A stretch of DNA of 64,000 nt from a virus (lineage: Duplodnaviria > Caudoviricetes): positions 183,924 to 247,923 of the IMG/VR virus record IMGVR_UViG_3300028886_000037. The stretch is one strand, 5' to 3'. Of this stretch, positions 36,575 to 46,175 are shown piece by piece. Under the pieces are notes generated by a model, which was given only the letters and a program-made list of their open reading frames with translations, was not told where the DNA came from and made no database searches. Every line of letters starts with the position of its first letter. Positions within the stretch are counted from its first letter, which is position 1. A program made the translations under genes and the position numbers.

Positions 36575-36607
36575 AAAAAAAACGGCGCAGATTTGACCAT
36601 GCACCGT
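36575..36607 (-). terminator. intrinsic terminator
   Basis: ACGGTGCA/TGCGCCGT stem + U-tract. Confidence 0.75.
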
Positions 36608-36627
36608 CACCCAACCATAAAGGAAAC

Positions 36628-37062
36628 TCATGTTAGACAGAGATAGAGAATAGTGCCTACGAACATGATGCCTAGCAGACCTGCAGTCCAGACCTTCTCT
36701 CTATTCTGATATAGCTCATATTGCCACTTCCAGTATTTGCGCTGCATCTCCGAGATCGAACGACGGAAAGACTCCTTGATCTGTTCCTTGTCATACTTGA
36801 TCTTCAAGCACAGCAGCGTGACAACGAGCGTAGTTGCGATAGTGTAGTTGAAATACTGAGGAATCTGCCAGTAGCCAGAGACCCAGTTAGTGTAGAAAAT
36901 GTAAGATGCGCTACACAGATTTCCGCCGAGAGACAAAAGAATAAAGAGCAGGCTGATGTCAGCCGTACTCTTTCTCTTCAATACTCTCAGAATTTGTGGG
37001 GCCGTGCATAGTGCAAAGCAGCCAGCTCCGATAAAACCAAGAACAGTGATAAATGCTGTCAT
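36628..37062 (-). CDS. PQ-loop (SemiSWEET-like) membrane protein
   Basis: APQILR..K.KST.DIS motif, 4 TM. Confidence 0.8.
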   Translation of the reverse strand: MTAFITVLGFIGAGCFALCTAPQILRVLKRKSTADISLLFILLSLGGNLCSASYIFYTNWVSGYWQIPQYFNYTIATTLVVTLLCLKIKYDKEQIKESFRRSISEMQRKYWKWQYELYQNREKVWTAGLLGIMFVGTILYLCLT

Positions 37063-37067
37063 ACGAT

Positions 37068-37712
37068 CTATTTATCGTCCTTCTTGTCCGGATCTTCAGC
37101 GAGTTCACGGAGATCAGATTGCACCTTCCAGTAACCGCACGGCTTGAACTCGGGACACTTGTGAAGATATTCACAGTTCTTGACCAAGACAGTTGCGAAC
37201 TCGGGGTTAGTGCTGAGTACAGCCATCTTGATCATCTCCATGATCTTTCTTGCGTTCGGTGAAGCCATGTTGCAGAGACGCTTTCTAGCCATGAACATCA
37301 GTTCAGCTGCGTTGATGACCATCACATGTGTGACATAGTGTCCCTGCGGTTCCTGATAGCGGTCATATTTGTCCTGCCTATCATTGCGCTGAGACTGAAC
37401 GTAATGCTCTACGCCAGTGTGATGACGGCAGAAGCATACAGAGTCGCAGTACGGAATATGCATACGGATGATGAACTGGAGGTATCGGATCGGCGAGTGT
37501 TCTGAAGTCAGATATCTGACTTTGAGCTCATCGCTGAGAGGCTTTCCGTCATCGAGAATGTAGTTCTTTCCGATCGTGTTGAGAGCAAGAAACTTGACCC
37601 ACTGCCAGTCCATCGAAGTGGGGTACTTCAGGACTTCAACGGTCATTCCGTAGATTCCCTCTTCCGTGCATACGCCGTGGAATTCGTTGTTGTTTACGAT
37701 TTGAATCGACAT
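37068..37712 (-). CDS. thyX: flavin-dependent thymidylate synthase
   Basis: EHSPIR, RHH....VQSQR, RLC..AS, C-terminal Cys cluster. Confidence 0.8.
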   Translation of the reverse strand: MSIQIVNNNEFHGVCTEEGIYGMTVEVLKYPTSMDWQWVKFLALNTIGKNYILDDGKPLSDELKVRYLTSEHSPIRYLQFIIRMHIPYCDSVCFCRHHTGVEHYVQSQRNDRQDKYDRYQEPQGHYVTHVMVINAAELMFMARKRLCNMASPNARKIMEMIKMAVLSTNPEFATVLVKNCEYLHKCPEFKPCGYWKVQSDLRELAEDPDKKDDK

Positions 37713-37714
37713 AC

Positions 37715-38164
37715 TTAGACTCCCGTGCTACCGAATCCGCCGCGATCCTTCTGATCTTCTAGCGTAGAATCTTCGAAGACGATCTTTGGCTGTTTCTTGA
37801 TGATGCGGAACTGACAGATGCGTTCACCCTTCTTGATGAGCGGACCCTTGAGTCCAGCACCAAGCTTGAAGGCCGGAAACTTCCACATGTCGTTAGGACC
37901 GCAGTAGCTGTTGTCTACGACGCCGACCGAGTTGGTCATGATGATTCCGTAGTTCTTGAAAGTAGAGGAGCGAGGAGCGATGTGCGCTTCATAGCCAGCG
38001 GGCAGCTTCATAGCGACGCCGAGTGGAATGAGACGGAATTCACCCATGCCCATGAAGACATCTTCCATAGCCTTCAAGTCGATCCAGTCTCCATTTTCGA
38101 TAGCTTCTGGTCTGCACGCTTCATCGAAGACCTTGAGTTGCACCATTTGAAGTTTGTCAGCCAT
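37715..38164 (-). CDS. dut: trimeric dUTPase
   Basis: GDWIDL, PRSS, GVVDNSY.G, ERICQ, RGGFGSTG. Confidence 0.95.
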   Translation of the reverse strand: MADKLQMVQLKVFDEACRPEAIENGDWIDLKAMEDVFMGMGEFRLIPLGVAMKLPAGYEAHIAPRSSTFKNYGIIMTNSVGVVDNSYCGPNDMWKFPAFKLGAGLKGPLIKKGERICQFRIIKKQPKIVFEDSTLEDQKDRGGFGSTGV

Positions 38165-38577
38165 TAGAGAATCCTACCTCTGCGATCAGTGTGAATCTTG
38201 AACTCTACGAGCTCATCTTCCTTAGTCTCGGAAGAACGGTACAGTTCGATCAACTTTGCGCCGAGTGCGCCGATTTCCTTCTTGTTCATCTTCAATGAGA
38301 CAGTGTGCGTGAAGGTAGCGATCGCAGCCTGATTGAGGTAGCGCTTAGCTTCCTGATACTTCTTACGAGCAGCAGTCAGATTTTTGTAGAGTTTCTGGAT
38401 CATCTCGATCGTGTTAGAGTTCATGCGCATGACCTTGTAAGCCTTGAACTTATTGTAGGCCTGCTTAGCGTCATGATACTCCCTTCGAGCATTTACGAAA
38501 GCGACGTGAGCAGCGTTGAACTTACGAGTGTCGATCGTCATGTCTTTCAGTTGTTTTCTGTCGATAATTGACTTCAT
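38164..38577 (-). CDS. basic hypothetical protein
   Basis: SD AAGGAG. Confidence 0.7.
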   Translation of the reverse strand: MKSIIDRKQLKDMTIDTRKFNAAHVAFVNARREYHDAKQAYNKFKAYKVMRMNSNTIEMIQKLYKNLTAARKKYQEAKRYLNQAAIATFTHTVSLKMNKKEIGALGAKLIELYRSSETKEDELVEFKIHTDRRGRIL

Positions 38578-38615
38578 AGTCAATCTCCTTTAAGTTTGGT
38601 GTGTAAAATTTAAGT

Positions 38616-38870
38616 TTATTGTAGAGCTTCTTCTTTCTCTTCTAGTTCTTTAGCTTCGTCGGCAGCGTCGATCTTCTGTAGGAGATCTTCGAGGCCGACT
38701 AGATCATCACGTCTAGCGAGAGCCAAAACGATCTGACGTTCGCACTCGCTCAAGCCATACCATAGCGAGACCATGTTGTCTGCGAACTTCGGTCGATAGA
38801 AGCGATCGTTCTTAGTGCCTTTGAAATAGCGTTCGAGAAAGTTTCTGACCACGGTGAACATCTTCATCAT
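38616..38870 (-). CDS. hypothetical protein
   Basis: ORF; GATAAATA upstream. Confidence 0.65.
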   Translation of the reverse strand: MMKMFTVVRNFLERYFKGTKNDRFYRPKFADNMVSLWYGLSECERQIVLALARRDDLVGLEDLLQKIDAADEAKELEEKEEALQ

Positions 38871-38940
38871 ATCAGTACCTTTTCCTTTTGTTGTAATTCT
38901 GTGGGGAATCATGTTCCGGACTGTTTCCTCTCTATTTATC

Positions 38941-39798
38941 TCATACTCCGAAGATTACGTTCATGTTGCATTCACCGATATGATTAGTGTATTGGAACTT
39001 GTTCTCTTTGATAAGCTTGCGTAATGCGTTTTTAGCTACGATCTGTGCTCTGTTTCTCTTCTGCCTTATACGTTCTCCAGAGAGGCCAAACTCTTCGCCA
39101 ATTTGATTCTGTGTCTTCCCGTAGAAGTAAGTGTCTTTGATGAGCTTATATTCCTTGCTGTCTAGAATTCCTTTCAGAAGGATGCCGAACTTTCGATCTT
39201 CCTCGTCTGAGTAGATGTTGTCGATCTCCTTGTAGTCTGCCTTTAGCGTGTCCGCGATAGTCATTCTGTCATCGTCGAACGCGCTATTTCCGTCATACAT
39301 CGGAATGTCGGTCGATAGAACAATAGGCATCGCATGGAGATATTTTCGTCCTTTGCTGTCTTCAGAAGCGAACTGCTCGACGCAAAGACGCCGAGCAGCT
39401 TCAGCCTTCGAGTACATCGGACAGTGAACCTTGCAGTTCTCGACATAGATCTCTTCTTGAATCTTCTGAGTGATCCACCAGATAGCGAATGAGGTAAACT
39501 TGACGCCTCTTCTCGGATCATACTTCAGCGTAGCGTTGAACATGCCCATATAGCCAGCTTGGAACATGTCTCCGACGACTTTGTTGTATCTCCGTGCATA
39601 CATATAGGCGACCCCGTAAACGAGCCGTATATGCGATTGTAGGAGCCTATTTCGAGCGGCATTCTGGATAGCCTTGCCATGCTTCGGATTCATCATGATG
39701 GCGATAGTGGCTTCCTCTTCCTTGGGATCCATGTGGATATAGTCTTTCAAGCGTCCACGAATGTAGCTTGAAGAGTCGACGGAGTCTAGTTCAATCAT
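38941..39798 (-). CDS. sigma-70 family RNA polymerase sigma factor
   Basis: Region 2 (HIRLV..VA..Y, KYDPRRGVKFTSFAIWWI) and region 4 (QIGEEFGLSGERIRQ). Confidence 0.9.
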   Translation of the reverse strand: MIELDSVDSSSYIRGRLKDYIHMDPKEEEATIAIMMNPKHGKAIQNAARNRLLQSHIRLVYGVAYMYARRYNKVVGDMFQAGYMGMFNATLKYDPRRGVKFTSFAIWWITQKIQEEIYVENCKVHCPMYSKAEAARRLCVEQFASEDSKGRKYLHAMPIVLSTDIPMYDGNSAFDDDRMTIADTLKADYKEIDNIYSDEEDRKFGILLKGILDSKEYKLIKDTYFYGKTQNQIGEEFGLSGERIRQKRNRAQIVAKNALRKLIKENKFQYTNHIGECNMNVIFGV

Positions 39799-39833
39799 AG
39801 TAGTTAGCCAAAATATAAGTTTATTTGTCAAAT

Positions 39834-40007
39834 TTATAGCAGCATTCCGACGAAACGCATCAAGCAGATTAGAGAGATGCAGTAAGTCAATGGAAACACT
39901 ATGCCGTCGCAGAACCAGTCTTTGACCTGTTCGTGATACACAATACGGATGAATTCGCGCTCTTGCGGACTCAAGTCCTTTTCAAGATCGATTTCTTCTA
40001 TTGTCAT
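39834..40007 (-). CDS. small protein with C-terminal TM (57 aa)
   Basis: Manual translation MTIEEIDLEKDLSP...; SD GAGG. Confidence 0.6.
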   Translation of the reverse strand: MTIEEIDLEKDLSPQEREFIRIVYHEQVKDWFCDGIVFPLTYCISLICLMRFVGMLL

Positions 40008-40030
40008 TGTTTACCTCATTTCACATTGTT

Positions 40031-40056
40031 AAAAAGAGGCCCGGTCGGGACCTCTT
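40031..40056 (-). terminator. intrinsic terminator immediately downstream of an early promoter
   Basis: AAGAGGTCCC-GACC-GGGCCTCTT + U-tract. Confidence 0.75.
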
Positions 40057-40066
40057 CTACATTGCT

Positions 40067-40095
40067 AATTTAGACTTTCTATCGGAATTCGTAAA
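40067..40095 (-). promoter_or_regulatory. early promoter TTTACG-17-TAAATT
   Basis: Motif match. Confidence 0.6.
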
Positions 40096-40128
40096 TATCT
40101 ATTTCATTACTTTTTCTTTACAAAACCC

Positions 40129-40473
40129 TCAATTATGTTCTCTTTCGTCTCTTTCTCGCTCAATACGATCAATTCTCTGATTCATTGAACTAAGATTTTC
40201 TCGGATTGCAGCTAGATTCTCGTTCATCTTACTCAACAGATTCTGTAGTGTGTCCCAACGATTAGAAAGAATGTTTACTTGTGCTTTGAGATTCTCTATG
40301 TCTTTCTCTTGTAACGCTATCTTTACTTCCTGATTTCTTTTATCCTCATTTCGTATGCTCGCTGTCTTCTCTCGCTGTCCCTTGATGACATAGTAGAGAA
40401 GCAGCACGAGTGCTGCAGCGAATATCATTGCAGGTGAATTCGTTTTGGCCGCTGCTAAAAGAAATTGGTCCAT
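40129..40473 (-). CDS. N-terminal TM + coiled-coil protein (holin-like candidate)
   Basis: TM then heptad repeats; late promoter at 40500-40507. Confidence 0.55.
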   Translation of the reverse strand: MDQFLLAAAKTNSPAMIFAAALVLLLYYVIKGQREKTASIRNEDKRNQEVKIALQEKDIENLKAQVNILSNRWDTLQNLLSKMNENLAAIRENLSSMNQRIDRIERERDEREHN

Positions 40474-40499
40474 TGGTCATTTTCCTCTGTGTTACTATT

Positions 40500-40544
40500 T
40501 ATTTATACAAAAAGAAAATCTGTTATTTTCTCAATAACAGATTT
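40500..40544 (-). promoter_or_regulatory. late promoter TATAAATA preceded by terminator hairpin (40516-40544)
   Basis: Exact motif; AAATCTGTTATT/AATAACAGATTT stem. Confidence 0.75.
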
Positions 40545-40565
40545 GTAAAGATTTGTTAGGATCTT

Positions 40566-41990
40566 CTAGATCAGATAGATCGTGTTAGCGTCTTGACCCA
40601 GTGTCTTGCTTATCGAGAACCAGCAAGGCGTTGCTGCACCTCCAGTTATAAATACCGGTGTATCAGAAGATCCAGCGTCACCTATACCTCCACCAATATC
40701 CAATACAGGCAATTCTGACCATACATTATCAGAGCCGAGCTTTAGTCTATAGAGTCTCGGCGTATCACTACCTACCGCGGTAGTAGCAGTTGCGAATATG
40801 ATACCAGCATCTGCATCATTGCATACTCTATATATGAATCTAGCCATACCCTTGTTTTTCTTAATTATGACTTCAGTACCATCAGCTATCAAAGCCTTCA
40901 TTTCCGTATAGTCTGGAAGTTTTCCAGTTACTCCCATCTTACTGCCGTTTAGAACCATGATTACTCGATGCTCCGATTTTGTCCATGTACCGCCATCACG
41001 AACATCGCCTTTGCACTCTAGATTACTTACTACTATGCTCTTTTCAGCATATCCACCATAGTCTCCAGCGTAGTTATCTATGAGCTCTGTAGCAGTGAAT
41101 GAGAACGAGAAAGTCGGCGGTGTAACAGAAGCAGTAAATGAACGATGTTTGAGGTGATAAAAGTTAGCTCCGCTCTTTCCAGAATATCCACCACCGATTT
41201 CTACTACTGGAGAAAAACCAGCGTCTATAATACCTTGAATAGTAGTATAGCTAGTATTCTCTGTATCTAGGCTAGTAGCATTGATGGTAATAATCACTTC
41301 CTGGCTAAGTGAGATAGTAGTTTTCGTAAGTCCAGTCGTCTTGTAAGTCAAGATGACTAGTTGCTTGTTCGTCTCGTCGACTCTGCTGAATATAGGCTCG
41401 GTATTTCCAGTGATGCCAGAGAACGTATAGATCATTCTACCAGTTCCGTATGTATTTTCATATACTACTGGAATTTGGCCCTGACCATCAGCATAAGCTT
41501 CTAGAATTTCAGTTCCTGATGCCGAAGTCGAATTGTAAGCTTTTACTGCATTCTCATAAGTTATCTGATAGTAACCATGACTTGCGCCTGAAGCAGTAGA
41601 TCTAGTGTAGTAACTCAGACGTCCTAGCTTAGTACCCTGATAAGAATAGAATAGCAGAGATCCACCGATATTTCCAGAATATGTCCAGTAAACTCGATTA
41701 TTTCCAGTCGTGCTATAGAGGATCACGTTCTCGTCATTGTCGATATAGCTTTTGATCAGATTATACTGTTCAAGCGTTCCGCCTTCTCCAAGAGCGACGA
41801 TTCTAGCGCCAGATCCGCCTCCGCCTTCACCGAAGTCGAGACCGCTACCGTCTCCGTTCACCTTCAGATACTCACCAGCGTGAGACTCAAGATCGCCGAG
41901 AATGTTCCGTTGAGCTTGCTGTCTCTCTTTAACATCAGTATTGTCGGTCTGATCTACGTTATAAAGAACAGGTTGTATTTTTCCTGCCAT
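40566..41990 (-). CDS. tail fibre-type structural protein
   Basis: Late promoter 42028-42035; repeated 'Y..I...I..G..V' modules; ends DANTIYLI. Confidence 0.65.
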   Translation of the reverse strand: MAGKIQPVLYNVDQTDNTDVKERQQAQRNILGDLESHAGEYLKVNGDGSGLDFGEGGGGSGARIVALGEGGTLEQYNLIKSYIDNDENVILYSTTGNNRVYWTYSGNIGGSLLFYSYQGTKLGRLSYYTRSTASGASHGYYQITYENAVKAYNSTSASGTEILEAYADGQGQIPVVYENTYGTGRMIYTFSGITGNTEPIFSRVDETNKQLVILTYKTTGLTKTTISLSQEVIITINATSLDTENTSYTTIQGIIDAGFSPVVEIGGGYSGKSGANFYHLKHRSFTASVTPPTFSFSFTATELIDNYAGDYGGYAEKSIVVSNLECKGDVRDGGTWTKSEHRVIMVLNGSKMGVTGKLPDYTEMKALIADGTEVIIKKNKGMARFIYRVCNDADAGIIFATATTAVGSDTPRLYRLKLGSDNVWSELPVLDIGGGIGDAGSSDTPVFITGGAATPCWFSISKTLGQDANTIYLI

Positions 41991-42041
41991 AAAATTCCTC
42001 TTGAAGATTTAGCAAATCCTTACTCTTTATTTATAAGCCGA

Positions 42042-42776
42042 TTATACGCTTTCAAAGCCATAGAACATGAACACTCGGAAGAGAGTATTAGTATTGTATC
42101 TCTGTGTTCCTATTAGTGGTAACGGGAAGAACTTGTAGTCTCCTTCTGCTCTCCAAGCGAACACAGCAGTACAATTAGCACTAATAGCGCCTTCCGGATC
42201 TAATGTCTTTTTCACTACAGTGCCATCACTCTTTATGCCGCCTATAGAAACTTTAGGATTCAATGAGCCGATGGTGGAGTAAGAATTAGTCAATTGCAGA
42301 ACTACGAGTATTTCTGCTACCTTGAGAGTGTAGCCGTCATCGATTCTGAAGCCTATCAGATTTCCACTAAACGATCCTATCTGCGTCATACCATCGACCA
42401 TCGTAGCGCGACATGGATGTGAGCCCTCTACCGAGTAACGTGAGAATCCTCCTGTTGTGCTTGGATACATATAGCTATTAGCAAAGGCATCATCCCACGG
42501 GAGGAATCCGTGATTGTTGTAATTCGGCTTATTGTAGTATTTAAGGTAGTTCTCTTGCCATCCAGCAGTGTGTATAATTCCAGCCTGCAACACGTTAGCG
42601 TCAGTTACTGACGGATCTGCCAGATTCGAGTACACAGTACCATCAACTGATGGACTCCAGAAACGGCCGTTCATCCAAACAGCTTTCGGTCGATAGACGT
42701 TTATACCAGCATGGACTCCAGTATTAGACTGGCCTATGTAAAATGTCGGTACTGTATACTTAGTTCCCAATTTCAT
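42042..42776 (-). CDS. putative receptor-binding/fibre-tip protein
   Basis: Late promoter 42800-42807; N-terminal MKLG..V..FYIG motif. Confidence 0.5.
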   Translation of the reverse strand: MKLGTKYTVPTFYIGQSNTGVHAGINVYRPKAVWMNGRFWSPSVDGTVYSNLADPSVTDANVLQAGIIHTAGWQENYLKYYNKPNYNNHGFLPWDDAFANSYMYPSTTGGFSRYSVEGSHPCRATMVDGMTQIGSFSGNLIGFRIDDGYTLKVAEILVVLQLTNSYSTIGSLNPKVSIGGIKSDGTVVKKTLDPEGAISANCTAVFAWRAEGDYKFFPLPLIGTQRYNTNTLFRVFMFYGFESV

Positions 42777-42802
42777 AATCTTACCTTATGAATTCGCTTT
42801 AT

Positions 42803-44692
42803 TTATATTTCTCCCCAGCCACCGTTTCTAAAATCGATTCCAGATACTCTACCGTCCATTACGATTTTATCGCCTACGGCTAGCGTACTTGTATCGCTGA
42901 ACATGATTCTGAAAGACGGTCCTATAAACTGAGCTCCATTATTTTGGCCATGAGCAACTCTTCTCACTACTTTATCTAATGTAGGATAACCGGGAACTCT
43001 TGCCAATTCAGATCCAAGTATATCATCTAAAATCATTCCATGAGGATCATTACCGTGTGCATTGTCATTAGAGAACCAAGTTCGTGTTTCATCACATAAT
43101 GAACACTTTATTTTACTTACGATATTGTTCAAAGGATAATTTGAGCTACCTTTGTTAAGATACATATCGTCTATGGTGAGTGCAAATAGAAAATTATACA
43201 CAACGTTTAACAATCCATAAGAACCAGTCTCAGTGCTCCATGTGATAGGTATATCACAATACTTATTATCGATATCTGTTTGCGTGATAGTGTGTACCCC
43301 ATCTTCGCTAACGTAATGATTCAAATCGGTGTTATACATGTACTTTTTACGCTTATACCAATACATGTTACCGTTTGAACTACCGCATAGATATACTGAA
43401 CTAGTAGGAGTAGGCAGCTTAGGTTGAAGTCCTGATGCAGTGATGACATTATTTTCATCAATGTGAATGTATTGTCCTTCTCTATAATAGTCAGCAGACA
43501 TCGTGAAGACAGTCTTGTCGTTCACGACTGCGCTCGTGACGTGAAGATTGTCTGTTCCAGCTTTGACTTCTACGTTGTTTCCACCAGCAGGTTCGTCCCA
43601 GTATAGTTCTCCGTATTCGCCAACTGTAAGAACCTTGCCAACATCACTACCCATCTGATTTGGCTCTGGAATGTTCGGAATGAGAACCTCAGCATTCCAT
43701 ACCCATGTCTCCTCAGTCTCGTCGTTTGCATGCTGACAAATGACAGTTTGCATTCTCTCGCTTGTGAAATATCTAGTGTATTTACTTCCAGGAAATAAAG
43801 CAGTGAAGATGAAGGCTGGAGTATAGCCTTTAGCTATAGCACCAGTGAGAATATATCTCGTATGAATTCCGTTAGGGTTTATTTCTGGTACAAAGATCGG
43901 ACGATAACCAGCATCGACTAGACGCTTAACCTCCGCATAAGAAGTTGATTCATTTACTGTCGGGTACATGAAGTGTGGATCTGCTGAAGTAATGACACCA
44001 GAATCCATGAATACTGGAAGTGCTCGATTACCGACAGTAGCAGAGCAAGTGCGGTACTTGACTGTGTCGTCGGCGTTCTTCTCGATGCTTGTTACGAAAG
44101 GCGCTAGAGTGTCTTCACCGACGATGTCAGGTGCGCCGTGCCAGTAACCATCAAGAGAGATAGTCGATTCATCCGTGAGAACATAGCTGTTAGTCTTCGT
44201 TCTCCACTCGTACATGTCGTACTGGTCGTTTCCAGTGCCCTTAGGACCGACATAGTAGATCTTAGAAGCGTCACCTGGCTGTGCTGACTGAGTCTGCCAC
44301 TCCTGAACTGTCCAGAACGTAGCTCTAGCCTGAAGAGCTGCGCTTAGACCGTCAACTGCCTCTTTGATTACTCTCGAGTTAGGAATGACGTTCTGATTGT
44401 CCTTGAGCTCGTTCACTACCTGAACGACACCCCACTTAGTGTCTGTAGCCTTGGGAATGTCGATAGCGCCAGCAGCAGACTTCGTTAGAGCCTGGCCGTT
44501 CGAAGTGACCGATTGAACAGAGCTGTCAGCCTTGCCGAGAGAAGACTGAACGTCAGACGCTAGATCGGCTTTAGGAATTCCTCCAGCAGCTGTCTTATCT
44601 TCGTATGCGCCTATGTTATTACGCGCAATCTGCTTCTCATCTTCTTCCAAGTGTTGAGGGATATTGGAAAGAACCTTGTTAGTGAGTGACAT
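42803..44692 (-). CDS. tail fibre protein
   Basis: EK.IARNNIG, GGIPKADLASDVQSSLGKAD, ATDTKWGVVQ, DVGKVLTV..G...W motifs. Confidence 0.75.
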   Translation of the reverse strand: MSLTNKVLSNIPQHLEEDEKQIARNNIGAYEDKTAAGGIPKADLASDVQSSLGKADSSVQSVTSNGQALTKSAAGAIDIPKATDTKWGVVQVVNELKDNQNVIPNSRVIKEAVDGLSAALQARATFWTVQEWQTQSAQPGDASKIYYVGPKGTGNDQYDMYEWRTKTNSYVLTDESTISLDGYWHGAPDIVGEDTLAPFVTSIEKNADDTVKYRTCSATVGNRALPVFMDSGVITSADPHFMYPTVNESTSYAEVKRLVDAGYRPIFVPEINPNGIHTRYILTGAIAKGYTPAFIFTALFPGSKYTRYFTSERMQTVICQHANDETEETWVWNAEVLIPNIPEPNQMGSDVGKVLTVGEYGELYWDEPAGGNNVEVKAGTDNLHVTSAVVNDKTVFTMSADYYREGQYIHIDENNVITASGLQPKLPTPTSSVYLCGSSNGNMYWYKRKKYMYNTDLNHYVSEDGVHTITQTDIDNKYCDIPITWSTETGSYGLLNVVYNFLFALTIDDMYLNKGSSNYPLNNIVSKIKCSLCDETRTWFSNDNAHGNDPHGMILDDILGSELARVPGYPTLDKVVRRVAHGQNNGAQFIGPSFRIMFSDTSTLAVGDKIVMDGRVSGIDFRNGGWGEI

Positions 44693-44699
44693 GAAAAAC

Positions 44700-44740
44700 C
44701 TCAGGCTATAAAAATGCTTACTGATTATTTATAGCCTGAG
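44700..44740 (-). promoter_or_regulatory. late promoter TATAAATA inside a 13-bp hairpin that covers the downstream SD
   Basis: CTCAGGCTATAAA...TTTATAGCCTGAG-GTTTTTC-ATG. Confidence 0.7.
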
Positions 44741-44750
44741 AGAGTTTACA

Positions 44751-46175
44751 TTACATATAGCCGTTGCTCTTGCAACGGATCGGGAATGCCTCGAAAGTAT
44801 CATCGCTGTGCAAGATGATTCCAAGACCAGCTTCGTAGTTCAGCCACTTACTGCTATCCGATTTTGAGCACTTGATGTCGGTCATAGCAGCTACCAACGG
44901 AACGAGGTAGTAGTCATGAGTAACGAAGACGTTCAAGCGCTTATCAGCTAGAGCGATGATCTCTTGTGTAAACTGCTTTCCTAGTTCTGTAAGCTTTTCA
45001 GTAGCCTCTTCAGGAGTAGAGACTCCAATATTGACAGTGAGCTCTTCCTGAGTCAAAGAAGACGGATCATTTATCCAACGGCTGAGCAAGTCGCTGTTTC
45101 CGCTCTCCTTAGACTCTTTCAAGAATCTTTCAGCTACTAGTGTCTCAGTAGCGTCAGTAATGCCAGAGAAGTCAGATGCAGCAGAATCGGTATCAAGTCG
45201 AGAAGTAGCTAATGCCTGCGCAGTGTGCTTAGTTCTAGTATAGTCAGTAGAGAAGTAATGAGCATCGTTTGCATCACAGTCGATCTGGTAAGTTACGCCA
45301 TCTTTAGTCCAGCTCATTCCGTCTTGCATCTGTTCACCTACCGTCTTACAAGAGTTCAAGCCAGTCTCGTTGATGTCGCCAGTTACGCCGGTGTCGCCGC
45401 TGTCTCTGTCAGCATGACGAATGATCATGATGTACTTGTCATCTGCGCCGATCTTAGCTAGAGCGTTGCGATAGGAGTTCCAGTCGCTTTGAGACCAAGA
45501 AGTAGTGACGCGATTGTATGTCTCTTCGATATGCTTCTCCTCTTCTGCAGTGAAGAGGTATTCACCAGAGTCAGCGTACTCGATAGAGTCTGCAGCATCT
45601 AGCATGTCGATGTACTTCTGCTTTCTCTCAGAAGTCAAGAACGGGTCAGTCTCGATGCTCATGAAGATCTGCTTCGCTTCGCGGAATGAACCAGTCATGA
45701 CGAGAGGGTATGCCTGAGCTAGCTTAGCAGCGATCTGCATAGGAGTGATTCCCTGGAAGTCAGTCAAGATGCATTCCTCTTTGAAGAGTGCGATCATCTC
45801 GTTTCCGACTTCGATGTTGTAGCAGACTTCTCCAGCACGGCCGTCTATATTCGAAATTCTGGACGAGTTAGAGTTATATTCTGTCTCGAAGCGAAGTCTG
45901 TCTACCGGTTTACCCAAGAAGTCAAGTACTTCGTGTGTATCATACCCAGGCAGAATAGATGGTGCAGTTAGTGTCCAAAAATCAGTATTGTTATAAACGC
46001 ACTCACCGTCTACATAGACAATGCGTGAAATGTATTTCATATCGACATCCTCGGTGAATAAAAAGTCATCTATGCTCTTTTTATCGTATTTGATTATATC
46101 CTTTAACAGAAATAAACTTGCAGACTGATATGCAATTTTCTGCGTCGCTTTTTCTATCGCATAATACTGATTCAT
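44751..46175 (-). CDS. tail-associated domain fused to histidine phosphatase domain
   Basis: IIRHADR, STDYTRTKHTA, VTHD motifs in C-half; N-half similar to 48979-49302. Confidence 0.75.
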   Translation of the reverse strand: MNQYYAIEKATQKIAYQSASLFLLKDIIKYDKKSIDDFLFTEDVDMKYISRIVYVDGECVYNNTDFWTLTAPSILPGYDTHEVLDFLGKPVDRLRFETEYNSNSSRISNIDGRAGEVCYNIEVGNEMIALFKEECILTDFQGITPMQIAAKLAQAYPLVMTGSFREAKQIFMSIETDPFLTSERKQKYIDMLDAADSIEYADSGEYLFTAEEEKHIEETYNRVTTSWSQSDWNSYRNALAKIGADDKYIMIIRHADRDSGDTGVTGDINETGLNSCKTVGEQMQDGMSWTKDGVTYQIDCDANDAHYFSTDYTRTKHTAQALATSRLDTDSAASDFSGITDATETLVAERFLKESKESGNSDLLSRWINDPSSLTQEELTVNIGVSTPEEATEKLTELGKQFTQEIIALADKRLNVFVTHDYYLVPLVAAMTDIKCSKSDSSKWLNYEAGLGIILHSDDTFEAFPIRCKSNGYM

